Below, piece by piece: positions 36,859 through 48,659 of a stretch of 64,000 nucleotides of DNA. Positions within the stretch are counted from its first letter, which is position 1. Each line of letters begins with the position of its first letter. The notes beneath the pieces were generated by a model. That model saw nothing but the letters and a program-made list of their open reading frames with translations. It did not search any database and was not told the DNA's origin. Position numbers and translations under genes: made by a program. The stretch is from Myxococcota bacterium. Its GTDB lineage: Bacteria; Myxococcota_A; UBA796; UBA2385. The stretch spans positions 115,024-179,023 of the forward strand of contig JBIJDH010000018.1 in NCBI GenBank assembly GCA_044344255.1. Direction: 5' to 3'.

Positions 36859-36887
36859 CCGAGGTCATCCTCCGAGGTCACCGCACG

Positions 36888-37466
36888 ATGTCTACCGCTC
36901 TCGCCAATTACGAGCCCAAGTATGTCGCCAAGAAGGCCATGTTCTCCTTCATGGGCAGCGCTTTCCGGCTGTTCTCTCCCACGGGCGAGCTCGCGTTCTT
37001 CGTCAAGCAGAAGGCCTTCAAGCTGAAGGAGGAGATCACGGTCTGCGCCGATGAGGCCCAGCAGAACCCCCGCCTCCGCATCAAGGCTCGCAGCATCATG
37101 GACGTCAGCGCCACCTACGACGTGACCGACGCTGCCAGCGGCTCGGTGGTGGGCGCGCTCCGCCGCAAGGGCCTCAAGAGCATCATCCGCGACGAGTGGG
37201 CCATCCTGAACAACGACCAGGAGGTGGGCAAGGTGATCGAGGACTCCGGCTTCCTCGCCATCCTCCGCCGCATCTTCCCGATCATCCCCCAGACCTTCAA
37301 GGTCTCGATGGGCGACGTCGAGGTTGGCATGATCAAGCAGCGCTTCAACCCCTTCCAGCTCGCCTACGACGTCGACTTCTCGGCCGACACGGGCAACAAG
37401 CTCGACCGTCGCCTCGCCGTCGCCACCGTGGTGCTCCTGCTCGCGATCGAAGGCCGCCAGAAGTAG
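36888..37466 (+). CDS. LURP-one/scramblase-like (Tubby C-terminal fold) protein
   Basis: FVKQKAFKLKEEI, IKARSIMD, GALRRKGLKS..RDEW and LDRRLAVA motifs. Confidence 0.8.
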   Translation: MSTALANYEPKYVAKKAMFSFMGSAFRLFSPTGELAFFVKQKAFKLKEEITVCADEAQQNPRLRIKARSIMDVSATYDVTDAASGSVVGALRRKGLKSIIRDEWAILNNDQEVGKVIEDSGFLAILRRIFPIIPQTFKVSMGDVEVGMIKQRFNPFQLAYDVDFSADTGNKLDRRLAVATVVLLLAIEGRQK

Positions 37467-37567
37467 CCCTCCGCTCGTGGTGCCGCATGGGCGGCGGATC
37501 GGGGTGCGACGTAGACCCAGGGTCGGGATAGCTCCCGGCTCGAACGCTGATCTGCCCCGCGCTGCCC

Positions 37568-39922
37568 TTGGACGACCCCCTGAAGCGCTACTTCCTCTGG
37601 TCTCTGCTGTTCCTCGCCGGCTTCGCGGTGGCCTTCGTGGTCGTCGTGAAGCCTGAGTGGGAGGCGGCCCGGGATGAGGCGGTGGACCTCGCGAGGGTCC
37701 ACCTCGCTTACGAGGTGGCGCACCCCGGCTGGAGCTTCCCGGCGCGTGTGTGGTCGTCCGCGGTGGAGCTCGATCAGCCCCGGGTGCGCCTCATCTCCGA
37801 GGCGAAGGCCCGCGGCTACACCGAGCTTTGCCCCCCGCGCTCCCCGGGCGACTTCTGCGCCAAGACGGGCCAGATCGTGCTGCGCGGAGGCTACTTCCCG
37901 GAGGGCGCCCAGCCCCCTGGCCTCGAGGGCTGGAGCCGCCCGCCCGCGCTCGAGCCCGTGCTCCTCGGCTGGATGATCGGGCCGGACGGGGAGATCCGCC
38001 AGCACCTCCCCCTCGAGCGCGCCCCGAAGACCTTGCTCGCTGCGCTCCTCACCGCCGAGGATGAGGACTACCGTGCGCACTCCGGCGTGAACCTCAAGGG
38101 CGTGGCCCGCGCGATCTACCAGAACGCGCGCGGCAGCGGCGTGCAGCAGGGGGCGAGCACGCTCACCATGCAGCTCGTCCGCAACCTGAAGCAGGACAAG
38201 GAGAAGACCTGGCGCCGCAAGGTGCGAGAGGCCGTCGCCGCCGTGGCGATTGACCAGGCCCTCGGCAAGGACGTCGTCCTCGGCATGTACCTGGACGCGC
38301 CCTATCTCGGACAGTGGGGCGGCTTCTCTATCTGTGGCTTTCAAGCAGCCGCCCAATATTATTGGGGGATAGACGCCGCGGACCTCAACCTCTCTCAGGC
38401 GGCGACGCTGGCCGCCATTCTGCCGGCGCCGGGCAAGTTTGCCCCCGACAAGAACCCCGACGAGGCGAAGCGTCGCCGCGATCGTGTGCTCAAGCGGATG
38501 GCGGAGGTGGGGGCCTGGCCCGCCGCGGAGGTCACCGCGGCCCTCGCGGCGTCGATCGACGCCGCGCCGCACCCGCTCCCCGAGGCGCGCTTCCCCGCCT
38601 ATCTGCAGGCCACCCGCTCCTGGCTCGAGCAGAACGTGCCGCCCGAGACGCTCTATGGCGCCGGGCTCGAGATCTTCACCGCCCTCGACGTCGGCCTCCA
38701 GGTGCGCACCGAGGCCTTTATCCCGGAGCGGCTGAAGTACCTCGAGCGGGCGGTGGGCCGGAACGGCAAGGAGCCGCTGCAGACGGCGGGCGCCCTCATC
38801 GAGAACCACTCGGGGCTGCTGGTCGCGGTCTACGGCGGAGAGGTGGCCGTGGCGACAGACTTCTCGCTCGCCACGCAGGCCAAGCGGCAGGCGGGCTCTT
38901 CGATGAAGCCCCTGGTGTATGCGCTCGGCTTCAGCGTGCCCGGAGAGGGTGGGCACCCGAAGTATACGGCGGCCCACACCGTCCCGAATTCGCCGCGCGA
39001 GTTCAAGGGCACCAACGGCTGGCGGCCGCGCAATGTCGGGGGTGAATATTCGGTCACCGACTCCCTGGCGCACGGGCTCGCCTGGAGCCAGAACATCGCC
39101 ACCGCCTCGCTCCTCGAGGAGGTGGGCGGCGCGCAGAAGCTGATTGACTTCGCCTCGCGCGTAGGGATTGACACGAAGGCCTGGCCGGCCGAGATGGGCC
39201 TCGCCCTCGGACAGGGTGAGGTCACGCCCCTCGAGATGGCCCGCTTCGCGAGCACGGTGGTGCGGGGCGGAGAGCTGGCGAGCGGCCGCCCGGTGGCCAT
39301 CGCTTACGACCCGAACGGCGCGGTGCGCATCGCGCCGCCGGCGACCGGGGAGCGGATCCTCACCGAGGAGGCGGCGGCGCTCACGCGCGACCTCATGCGC
39401 CTCGTCATCGAGGTGGGCACCGGCGGAGCCTCCCGTGGGGGGGCCGGCTTCCCCGGCTACGATGGGCCGGCGATCGGCAAGACCGGCACCACCGACTCCG
39501 AGAAGGACCTCTGGTTCATCGGCGGCACCCCCTACTACAGCGCCGCGATCTGGCTCGGCTATGACCAGCCGAAGCGCATCGGCGCCGCCGCCTCTGACCT
39601 CACCGCCCCCCTCTGGGGCTGGTGGATGCGGGAGGTCCACGACGGCCTGCCGCGCAGCGAGCTCCCCGGCCTGAAGCTGGAGCACAAGGGCATCTGCACC
39701 ACCTCGGGCAAGCGGCCGAACGCCAGCTGCCGGGTGATCAACGCCCCCTTCCTGCCCGGCACCGCCCCTAAGGAGGGCTGCGGCGCCGCGCACCCGCCGC
39801 CCGATCCCGAGGCGCCCGATCACGAGAGCCTCTGGGAGCGAAAGCGGCGGTTGGCAGAAGAGAAGGCGGCGCTCGACGCCGGGATCCCCCTCCCGATCGA
39901 AGACGAGGTCGGTCGCGAGTGA
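37568..39922 (+). CDS. Class A penicillin-binding protein (transglycosylase + transpeptidase)
   Basis: N-terminal TM; GT51 motifs AEDEDY..HSGV, QGASTLTMQLVRN, RKVRE; TP motifs SSMK, SQN, KTGT. Confidence 0.95.
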   Translation: MDDPLKRYFLWSLLFLAGFAVAFVVVVKPEWEAARDEAVDLARVHLAYEVAHPGWSFPARVWSSAVELDQPRVRLISEAKARGYTELCPPRSPGDFCAKTGQIVLRGGYFPEGAQPPGLEGWSRPPALEPVLLGWMIGPDGEIRQHLPLERAPKTLLAALLTAEDEDYRAHSGVNLKGVARAIYQNARGSGVQQGASTLTMQLVRNLKQDKEKTWRRKVREAVAAVAIDQALGKDVVLGMYLDAPYLGQWGGFSICGFQAAAQYYWGIDAADLNLSQAATLAAILPAPGKFAPDKNPDEAKRRRDRVLKRMAEVGAWPAAEVTAALAASIDAAPHPLPEARFPAYLQATRSWLEQNVPPETLYGAGLEIFTALDVGLQVRTEAFIPERLKYLERAVGRNGKEPLQTAGALIENHSGLLVAVYGGEVAVATDFSLATQAKRQAGSSMKPLVYALGFSVPGEGGHPKYTAAHTVPNSPREFKGTNGWRPRNVGGEYSVTDSLAHGLAWSQNIATASLLEEVGGAQKLIDFASRVGIDTKAWPAEMGLALGQGEVTPLEMARFASTVVRGGELASGRPVAIAYDPNGAVRIAPPATGERILTEEAAALTRDLMRLVIEVGTGGASRGGAGFPGYDGPAIGKTGTTDSEKDLWFIGGTPYYSAAIWLGYDQPKRIGAAASDLTAPLWGWWMREVHDGLPRSELPGLKLEHKGICTTSGKRPNASCRVINAPFLPGTAPKEGCGAAHPPPDPEAPDHESLWERKRRLAEEKAALDAGIPLPIEDEVGRE

Positions 39923-39965
39923 GCGGGGCCCCGGGCGAGGCCGGCGCGGGGTGCTCCGGGAGGGA

Positions 39966-40877
39966 TCAGATCCGATAGGTGCCGCGGCGGCGCTGGGTGG
40001 TGCCGCGCTTCAGTCGGGCACCCTCTATGCCGATGGCGACGACGAACCGGCAGGCGCTGTGTGCGTTCCAGCGGTCGATCGCCTCCATGAGGTCGAGGGC
40101 CATGCGAGAGGCCAGCACCGAGCGGTCGACCACGCTCCCCGGGAGGCCCGCCGCGGCGAGGTAGGCGTCGCCGAGCACGGCCGCGCGGTCGACGCGGCCG
40201 GGGGCAGGGTCGGCCTGGAGACGGTCCGAGATCTGCCCCAGCACCGCCCGCAGCACGGTGGCGCTGGTGCCCTCGGCGAAGGTGACGAAGGAGAGGAGGT
40301 CGGCGAAGAGCAGGGTGACATCGGCGGTGGTCGACGCCACGATCTCGCTCTCGGACTCTGGGATGGGGGCCGGGTGGACATGCAGGGCGTCCAGGAGGGC
40401 CGCCGGGAGGAAGCCCTGAAGGAGGCGCTCGGCGGTCTTCTGCTCGATCACCACTCGATCGTAGAGGCGCCGGGTCTCCTCGTGGAGGAGGCGGACCTCG
40501 AGCATGTTGTGGACTCGGAGCAGCACCTCGGCGAGGTCAAAGGGCTTGCTCACGAAGTCGCGGGCGCCGGCCTGCAGCGCGCGCAGCTTGTGATCGGGCT
40601 GCGCGGTGATGACGAGCACCGGCAGCCAGGCCCCCCGCTCGAGGTCTTTCAGGTTCTCCATGACCTGGAAGCCGTCCATGACCGGCATGTGGAGGTCGAG
40701 CAGGATGAGCGCGTAGCTGTTTGTGAGGTGCAGCTCGCAGACCCGAGTGGGGTCTGTCGTGGAGGAGACCGAGGTGTAGCCCGCCCCGCGGAGCATCTGC
40801 TCGAGCAGGAGCACGTTGGCTGGCTGATCATCAACGATGAGGATCTTGCCTCGGAGGATGTCGGATGTGGTCACCAT
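39966..40877 (-). CDS. Response regulator with degenerate, truncated class III cyclase domain
   Basis: REC: ILIVDD, LLDLHMP, ITA, SKPFD. Cyclase remnants LLFADL and LGDAYLAAAGLP; the WGDTVNxASR segment is absent. Confidence 0.85.
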   Translation of the reverse strand: MVTTSDILRGKILIVDDQPANVLLLEQMLRGAGYTSVSSTTDPTRVCELHLTNSYALILLDLHMPVMDGFQVMENLKDLERGAWLPVLVITAQPDHKLRALQAGARDFVSKPFDLAEVLLRVHNMLEVRLLHEETRRLYDRVVIEQKTAERLLQGFLPAALLDALHVHPAPIPESESEIVASTTADVTLLFADLLSFVTFAEGTSATVLRAVLGQISDRLQADPAPGRVDRAAVLGDAYLAAAGLPGSVVDRSVLASRMALDLMEAIDRWNAHSACRFVVAIGIEGARLKRGTTQRRRGTYRI

Positions 40878-42559
40878 GATGCGCGCCCTCTCTGATCGTC
40901 AGTCGAGTCGCTTCGGGCGGCCGCGAAGGCCCGGTCCAGCGCGCTCATGAATTCACGGACGTTGATCGGTTTGGTAATGTATTGAAAAAAACAAGCCTCC
41001 ATGCCTCGTTTCGAGTCTCCGAGCATGGCGCTCGCGCTGATCGCCATCACGGGGATGTGGGCGGTGGTGGGGTCGTCCCGCAGGAGCTTCATCGCTTGGA
41101 TGCCGCTGATCCCCGGGAGGTTGATGTCCATGAGGATGACGTCGGGCAGGTGCTCTCGGGCGAGCTCGACGCCGAGCCGCCCGTCGCCAGCGGTGAGCAG
41201 TCGGATGTCGGCGCGGCGAGACACGATCTGCTCGACCAGCAGGAGGTTGGCGGTGTTGTCCTCTACATAGAGGAGGGTTCGTATCGGGGCCTGGGAGGGT
41301 TCGTCCACCCCTGCGGCGCGCTCGGCGCCTGCGACCATCCCGTCAGGCGTGGGGTTGGGCGCGGTGCGGAGCTCAAACCAGAAGTCACTGCCGAGCCCAG
41401 CGGTGCTCTCCACCCCCATGCTGCCGTCCATGAGCTCGACCAGCAGCCGGCTCATCACGAGGCCGATGCCGGTGCCCGGCTCCTCACTGCCCTCCTGTCC
41501 GAGCCGGTTGAAGGGCTGAAAGAGCTGCGTGAGCTTCTCGGGGCTGAGGCCCCAGCCGGTGTCTTTCACGTGGATGCGGGTGCGGCCCGGCGCGGACTCC
41601 TGGTAGTACACGCTCACCAATCCGTTCGGGCGATTGTACTTCACCGCGTTCGACAGGAGGTTGATCATCACCTGCTTCAAGCGGAGGCGGTCCGCCTGGA
41701 CAAACCTGGGCTGGGAGAAAGTGGGGAACGTGAACGAGATCCCCTTCTTCCGTCCGGACTGCTGGACGATGGCCTGGCACTCCCGCATCACCTCGGCGAG
41801 GGAGACGGGCTCCACCGAGAGGTGCTGTTGGCCGGCCTCGATGACCGCGAGGTCCAGGATCTCGTTGATGAGCTCGAGCAGGTACCACCCGGCCCGCAAG
41901 ATCTGCCCGATGCTCACCTTCTGGTTGGCGGTGGGCGGTGGGGAGTCGGTGTCGAGGAGCTGGGCGAAGCCGAGGATGGCGTTGAGCGGGCTCCGGAGCT
42001 CATGGCTCATGCTCGAGAGGAACTCGGACTTCGCGAGGTTGGCCTTGTCCGCGGTGATGCGCGCGTTCTCCAGCTCGCTGTTCCGCTCCCGCAGGGCGTC
42101 GGCGATGTGCATCCGCGCCGTGTTGTCTGTCCCGATCAACAGATACCCGATGATCGTGCCCGCCTCGCTCCGGAGGGCGGTGACCGAGACCACCGCCGGG
42201 AAGCGGCTCCCGTCCTTGCGGATGTAGGTGAGCTCGTAGATGTCTTCGATGCCGCGGGAGGCTTTGAAGACGAGGGCCTCGAAGCCCGGCGTGATCGGCG
42301 TCCCGAGCTCGAGGCTCAGCGCTCGCGCGCGGGCGATGACCTCGGCGGGGTCGGAGATGTCGGCGGGGGTGATCTTGTTCATCACCTCGGCGGCCGAGTA
42401 GCCGAGCATCACCTCCGCGCCGACGTTGAAGAGCTGGATGACCCCCGCCGCGTCCGTCGCGATGCTCGAGAAGTTGGCGCTGTTCAGGATCGCGTTCTGG
42501 AGGGCGCCGTTGCGGAGGAGGGCCTCCTGGTCGAGGCGATCGGAGTCTGAGTGGGGCAT
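40871..42559 (-). CDS. PAS-domain hybrid sensor histidine kinase (PAS-HisKA-HATPase-REC)
   Basis: PAS (RKDGSRFP), SHELRSPLNAILG, NLLSNAVKYN, DTGWG, GTGIGL, and REC YVEDN..LMDINLP..TKP. Confidence 0.95.
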   Translation of the reverse strand: MPHSDSDRLDQEALLRNGALQNAILNSANFSSIATDAAGVIQLFNVGAEVMLGYSAAEVMNKITPADISDPAEVIARARALSLELGTPITPGFEALVFKASRGIEDIYELTYIRKDGSRFPAVVSVTALRSEAGTIIGYLLIGTDNTARMHIADALRERNSELENARITADKANLAKSEFLSSMSHELRSPLNAILGFAQLLDTDSPPPTANQKVSIGQILRAGWYLLELINEILDLAVIEAGQQHLSVEPVSLAEVMRECQAIVQQSGRKKGISFTFPTFSQPRFVQADRLRLKQVMINLLSNAVKYNRPNGLVSVYYQESAPGRTRIHVKDTGWGLSPEKLTQLFQPFNRLGQEGSEEPGTGIGLVMSRLLVELMDGSMGVESTAGLGSDFWFELRTAPNPTPDGMVAGAERAAGVDEPSQAPIRTLLYVEDNTANLLLVEQIVSRRADIRLLTAGDGRLGVELAREHLPDVILMDINLPGISGIQAMKLLRDDPTTAHIPVMAISASAMLGDSKRGMEACFFQYITKPINVREFMSALDRAFAAARSDSTDDQRGRASW

Positions 42560-42798
42560 GGTCGCGCTCCCGGACGTCACAGCTCGACCCTGACCTCTGA
42601 CCTGCCGCGGCGCGGGAGGTTCAATAAGTCGGGGGGCTGAGCTGAGGGCGCGGAGTGGTGGGACAGGCGAGCCGCGCGTTCGGAGGGCAGGGAGTGCCTG
42701 CTGTCACCATAGTCGGTCTGTCCGGGCGCGCACGAATTTCCCGCGGCGGCGGTGCGCCTGCGCGCCCAGGACTGCGGGTGCGCAGGTCTGGGCGGCGC

Positions 42799-44814
<2,016 letters not shown>

Positions 44815-44841
44815 TGTCCCGTCGGCGCGCCGCGCGCGGGG

Positions 44842-45141
44842 TCAGGCCTCTGGCCAGACCGCGGGCGGCACCGCGCCCCGGAGGACCCGCCCCTCGTCTC
44901 CGCCGTCGCAGGCCACGGTGACCAATAGGCCGTCCGGGAGGCGGCTCGTGGCGTCTCCGGCGCCGACCACCGCGGGGATCCCGAGCTCGCGGCTGACGAT
45001 GGCGACGTGGAAGGTGCGCCCGCCTCGGTGGGTGATGATGGCGGAGGCCTTCTTCCTGATCGGCGCCCAGTCGAGGTCGGTGCGGTCCGCCACCAGCACC
45101 TCTCCGGCCTGGAATTCCGACAGGTGATTGGTGTCGGTCAC
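44842..45141 (-). pseudogene. ppsA: Fragment of PEP synthase (phosphohistidine swivel domain)
   Basis: FQAGEVLVADRTDLDW..KKASAIIT.RGGRTFHVAIVSRELGIPAVVG..VTVAC..G; the nucleotide-binding and PEP-binding domains are missing. Confidence 0.8.
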
Positions 45142-45280
45142 CGCGGAGGAGGGCCCCCCGACACGATGGCGGGCCCCTCAGGAAAGCACCCGCCGTGCCA
45201 AGCACCCCGGATACGAGCCAGGACGGTTCGAGGCCGAACAAGGCCCAGGTTCAGGGCCGACCCGCATCAATCTGAGCGGG

Positions 45281-46849
45281 TCACCCGCCAAGCTGGCGTC
45301 TTGCCTCGCCCGAGGGTCGCCGCCGCGCGCCGGCGAGCCCGAGGCCGAGGCCGATCGCCCAGAGCGCGGCGCTGGCCGGCCCGCCGGTCTGGCAGCAGCC
45401 GCCGCCCTTTCCGCCGCCCCCGCCGCCGCCGGCGCCGTCGCCGGTCGGGTCATCGCCAGTGGCCTCGGCGTCGGCGCCGTCGCAGTCCTGGTCGATGCCG
45501 TCCCCTTCGACTTCTTCGGCCCCCGGGTAGGCGCTCGGATCGGCGTCGTCGCAGTCCTCGGTGGCGTGGGTGCCGTCGGCGTCGGCGTCGGCGTACCCGA
45601 GGTACACCCGGATCACACCGCGGCTGTCCTCGTCACAGCTCACCACGAAGTCGGGGTAGCCGTCGCCGTTGACGTCACCGGCGCCCACCACCGCCTGCCC
45701 GAAGCGGACGCAGCCCTCGGGGGCCTCGAGGACGGCGGGCTCGAGGTCGACGATGTCGGGGGAGCCGAAGTAGACGAGCGCCCGCCCCGCGTCTCCGCCA
45801 AAGCCGGGGGAGCCGACGATGAAGTCGCCGTGGCCGTCGGCGTCGATGTCGCCCGCCCCCGACATCGCCGCCCCGAAGTTGGCAGAGTCACTGCCGCCCT
45901 CGATCAGGAGCTCCGACTCGGCGTCGAGCCGGCTCGCGCTCCCCAGGTTGACATGGACCGAGCCGGAGGTGGTCTGCAGACTGCCGAAGATGTAGTCTTC
46001 GACTCCATCTCCATCGAGGTCGCCCACCCCGTCCAGGGTGGAGCCGTAGCCGTCCTCGACCACCTTGTCCTCGAACAGCGGCGCCACGTCTACGAGCTTC
46101 AACCCCCGGTGGCCGGCCACGAGCTGGTAGTAGCCGCCCTCTCGTCCGATGAGGAGGTCGTCGTAACCATCGGCGTTGACGTCGCCGGCCCCCGCCAGGG
46201 CCTGGCCGAAGTAGGTCATCGAGGCGGGGGCGTCGATGCGGACCGGGCCGATCTCGATGCCGGTCGGGCCGCCCCCATAGAGCTCCACCTCGCTCCGGTT
46301 GGCGATATAGGTGAAGACCTGCACCGCGACGTCGTCGTAGCCATCACCGTTGAGGTCTCCCACGCCCTCCACCCGGGTGCCGTACTCGCGATCGGTGGAG
46401 GTGCCGGAGAGGCGGGGGCCCGCGACGGGCCCGTCGGCAGAGCCGAAGTAGATGTAGGCCCCGGCGATGAAGACGTCGCTCGTGTCGGTGCCGATGATGA
46501 GGTCGTCGAAGCCATCCCCGTTGAGGTCACCGGCGCCCGCCACGTCGACCCCCCAGCCTACGCCTGAATCGCTGCCGGTGGAGGTCCAGGCGGGAGCGTC
46601 GGACAGACCGTCGGCCGAGCCCAAGTAGAGATAGGCCTTGCCCGTGAGGTCATTGTCGGGCGCGCCGACGATGAGGTCGTCGTATCCGTCGCCGTTGACG
46701 TCCCCGGCGGCGTCGAGGGACAGGCCGAAGCCGTCTCTTAGGCGCTCGCCGGTGAGCACGACCTGGGCGTCCCCAAAGGAGGCCGTGCGGGCTGGTGAGG
46801 CCGCGAGGGCCGGGTGGAGCAGGTGGGCGTACACCGTGAGCAAGAACAT
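45281..46849 (-). CDS. FG-GAP (integrin-alpha-like) repeat surface protein with MopE-type repeat and MYXO-CTERM-like anchor
   Basis: Seven GD(V/L/I)(N/D)xDGxxD repeats; DCDD..YPGAEE..DGIDQDCDG; tail GGCCQTGG..LWAIGLGLGLAGARRR. Confidence 0.88.
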   Translation of the reverse strand: MFLLTVYAHLLHPALAASPARTASFGDAQVVLTGERLRDGFGLSLDAAGDVNGDGYDDLIVGAPDNDLTGKAYLYLGSADGLSDAPAWTSTGSDSGVGWGVDVAGAGDLNGDGFDDLIIGTDTSDVFIAGAYIYFGSADGPVAGPRLSGTSTDREYGTRVEGVGDLNGDGYDDVAVQVFTYIANRSEVELYGGGPTGIEIGPVRIDAPASMTYFGQALAGAGDVNADGYDDLLIGREGGYYQLVAGHRGLKLVDVAPLFEDKVVEDGYGSTLDGVGDLDGDGVEDYIFGSLQTTSGSVHVNLGSASRLDAESELLIEGGSDSANFGAAMSGAGDIDADGHGDFIVGSPGFGGDAGRALVYFGSPDIVDLEPAVLEAPEGCVRFGQAVVGAGDVNGDGYPDFVVSCDEDSRGVIRVYLGYADADADGTHATEDCDDADPSAYPGAEEVEGDGIDQDCDGADAEATGDDPTGDGAGGGGGGGKGGGCCQTGGPASAALWAIGLGLGLAGARRRPSGEARRQLGG

Positions 46850-46912
46850 GGCCTGGCGCCTCGGCGGTGGGGGTGCGGGGGAGATCGAGCCGTCCGATCT
46901 CCGACGCTCCCT

Positions 46913-48049
46913 CTATCGGGTTCTACGCCAGATGAGCTCACGCATGATCTCGGAGGTCCCCCCTCCGATGCTGAGCAGCCGCTGGTCGCGATAGAGGCGC
47001 TCGACGAGGCACTCGCGCATGTAGCCCATCCCGCCGTGGAGCTGGACGGCGGCGTCGGTCACGCGCGCGCACGCGGCGGCGCTCATGTTCTTGGCCATCG
47101 CCGCCTCTGTGGCGACGTCCTCCCCGCGCCGAAACCGCTCCGCCACCACCGACACGAAGGCGCGGGCGCTGGCCTCGTCGGTGCGCATCTCGGCCACCTT
47201 GTGGCGGGTGACCTGAAAGGCGCCGATGGGCTTGTCAAAGGCGCGGCGGACCGCGATGTAGCGCTCCGTCTCCTCGATCGCCATCGCGCTCATCGCCACG
47301 GCGGTGGCTCCGAGCAGCAGGCGCTCCGCGGTGAAGTTGACCATCGCGCCGAGGAAGCCCGCGCCCTCCGGGCCGAGGCGGTGCTCGATCGGGACTCGAC
47401 AGTCCTCGAAGAAGAGCTCGGCGGTGTCACTCGCCCACCAGCCCATCTTCTGGAGCGGGCGGCCCACCCGCAGCCCCGGGTTGGGCGCCTCGACGACGAA
47501 GAAGCTCAGCCCGTCGTGGCGCCCCTCACCGGTGCGGGCGAGGACGGTGAGGGTGTCGGCGCGGGTGCCGCTGGTGATGAAGGTCTTCTGGCCGTCGAGC
47601 ACGTAGTGGTCGCCGTCTTGGACCGCGCGGAGCTGCACGCCGGCGACGTCGGAGCCCGCCCCGGGCTCGGTGATCGCGAGGGCCGCCACCCTCTCGCCCC
47701 GCAGCACGGGCGGGATGAAGCGCGCCTGCTGCTCGGGGCTGCCGAGCTCGAGGATCGGGGGGAGGGCGATGCTGTGGGAGCCGAGGCCCATCGCCGTGCC
47801 GCAGCTCCCGCCGCGCAGCAGGCCCTCGGCGACGATCAGGCGGTGGAAGATGTCGCCCCCCGAGCCGCCCAGCGCCTCGGGCCAGCCCACCCCGAGCAGG
47901 CCTGCGGCCCCTGCGGCCGCGTAGAGCTCCTGCGGGAAGAGGCCGGCCTCCTCCCAGGCGGTGGCGTGGGGGCGGAGGTGGGCGTCGACCCAGCGGGTGA
48001 CGCTCTCGTGGAGCGCGTGGTGGGTCTCATCCCAGAACATCGACAGCAT
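46913..48049 (-). CDS. Acyl-CoA dehydrogenase
   Basis: AITEPGAGSDV, GQKTFITSG, KMGWWASDTAELFF, RRAFDKPIGAFQ, QLHGGMGY and IGGGTSEIM motifs. Confidence 0.95.
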   Translation of the reverse strand: MLSMFWDETHHALHESVTRWVDAHLRPHATAWEEAGLFPQELYAAAGAAGLLGVGWPEALGGSGGDIFHRLIVAEGLLRGGSCGTAMGLGSHSIALPPILELGSPEQQARFIPPVLRGERVAALAITEPGAGSDVAGVQLRAVQDGDHYVLDGQKTFITSGTRADTLTVLARTGEGRHDGLSFFVVEAPNPGLRVGRPLQKMGWWASDTAELFFEDCRVPIEHRLGPEGAGFLGAMVNFTAERLLLGATAVAMSAMAIEETERYIAVRRAFDKPIGAFQVTRHKVAEMRTDEASARAFVSVVAERFRRGEDVATEAAMAKNMSAAACARVTDAAVQLHGGMGYMRECLVERLYRDQRLLSIGGGTSEIMRELIWRRTR

Positions 48050-48130
48050 GGCTCTGACCCTCCGCTGACAGGGTCCGGTACCATCCCGGGGCCGCTCAGG
48101 CTATCGTCCGGGTGACCTGGAGATCGACCC

Positions 48131-48634
48131 ATGCCTTCGGCCCTTCGCTCGCTCCCCCTGCCCCGTTCGGCGCTGGCCCTCAGCCTGCTCGGGAGCCTGC
48201 TCGGGGCTTGCTCCGACGGTGACCAGGGCTTCTCCAACGCCGAAGACCAGGGCACGAGCCCGGTCGGCACGGCCACGATGCTGCTCAACCCCGCCGAGCT
48301 CGTCTTCACCGACCTCATCTACGAGGGCGAGACCGGCGCCATCTCGACGAGCCTCGTCTTCGAGATCCAGAGCGTGGGCGACGGCAACCTGACGGTGAGC
48401 TCGGTGAGCCTCTCCGCCGACGGCGGCGGGGTCTTTTACGTAGAGGATCGCGAAGACCTCACCATCGCCTCGGGATCCGCCCACGAGGTGACGGTGGTGG
48501 CCACGCTGCGGGCCTTTGAGATGGCCGAGGGCGAGGTCCGCCTGCTCACGAATGACAAAGACCAGCTCGACGCACGCTTCCCGCTCACGGCCTATCCGGT
48601 GGGCTGGACGGGAGAGGGCGACAGCGGCCTCTGA
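48131..48634 (+). CDS. Lipoprotein with Ig-like (ASH/choice-of-anchor D-like) domain
   Basis: Lipobox LLGAC; P.EL.F, IQSVGDGNLTV and LTND motifs. Confidence 0.7.
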   Translation: MPSALRSLPLPRSALALSLLGSLLGACSDGDQGFSNAEDQGTSPVGTATMLLNPAELVFTDLIYEGETGAISTSLVFEIQSVGDGNLTVSSVSLSADGGGVFYVEDREDLTIASGSAHEVTVVATLRAFEMAEGEVRLLTNDKDQLDARFPLTAYPVGWTGEGDSGL

Positions 48635-48659
48635 GTCGCGGACTCTGAGTCGCCCCGTC

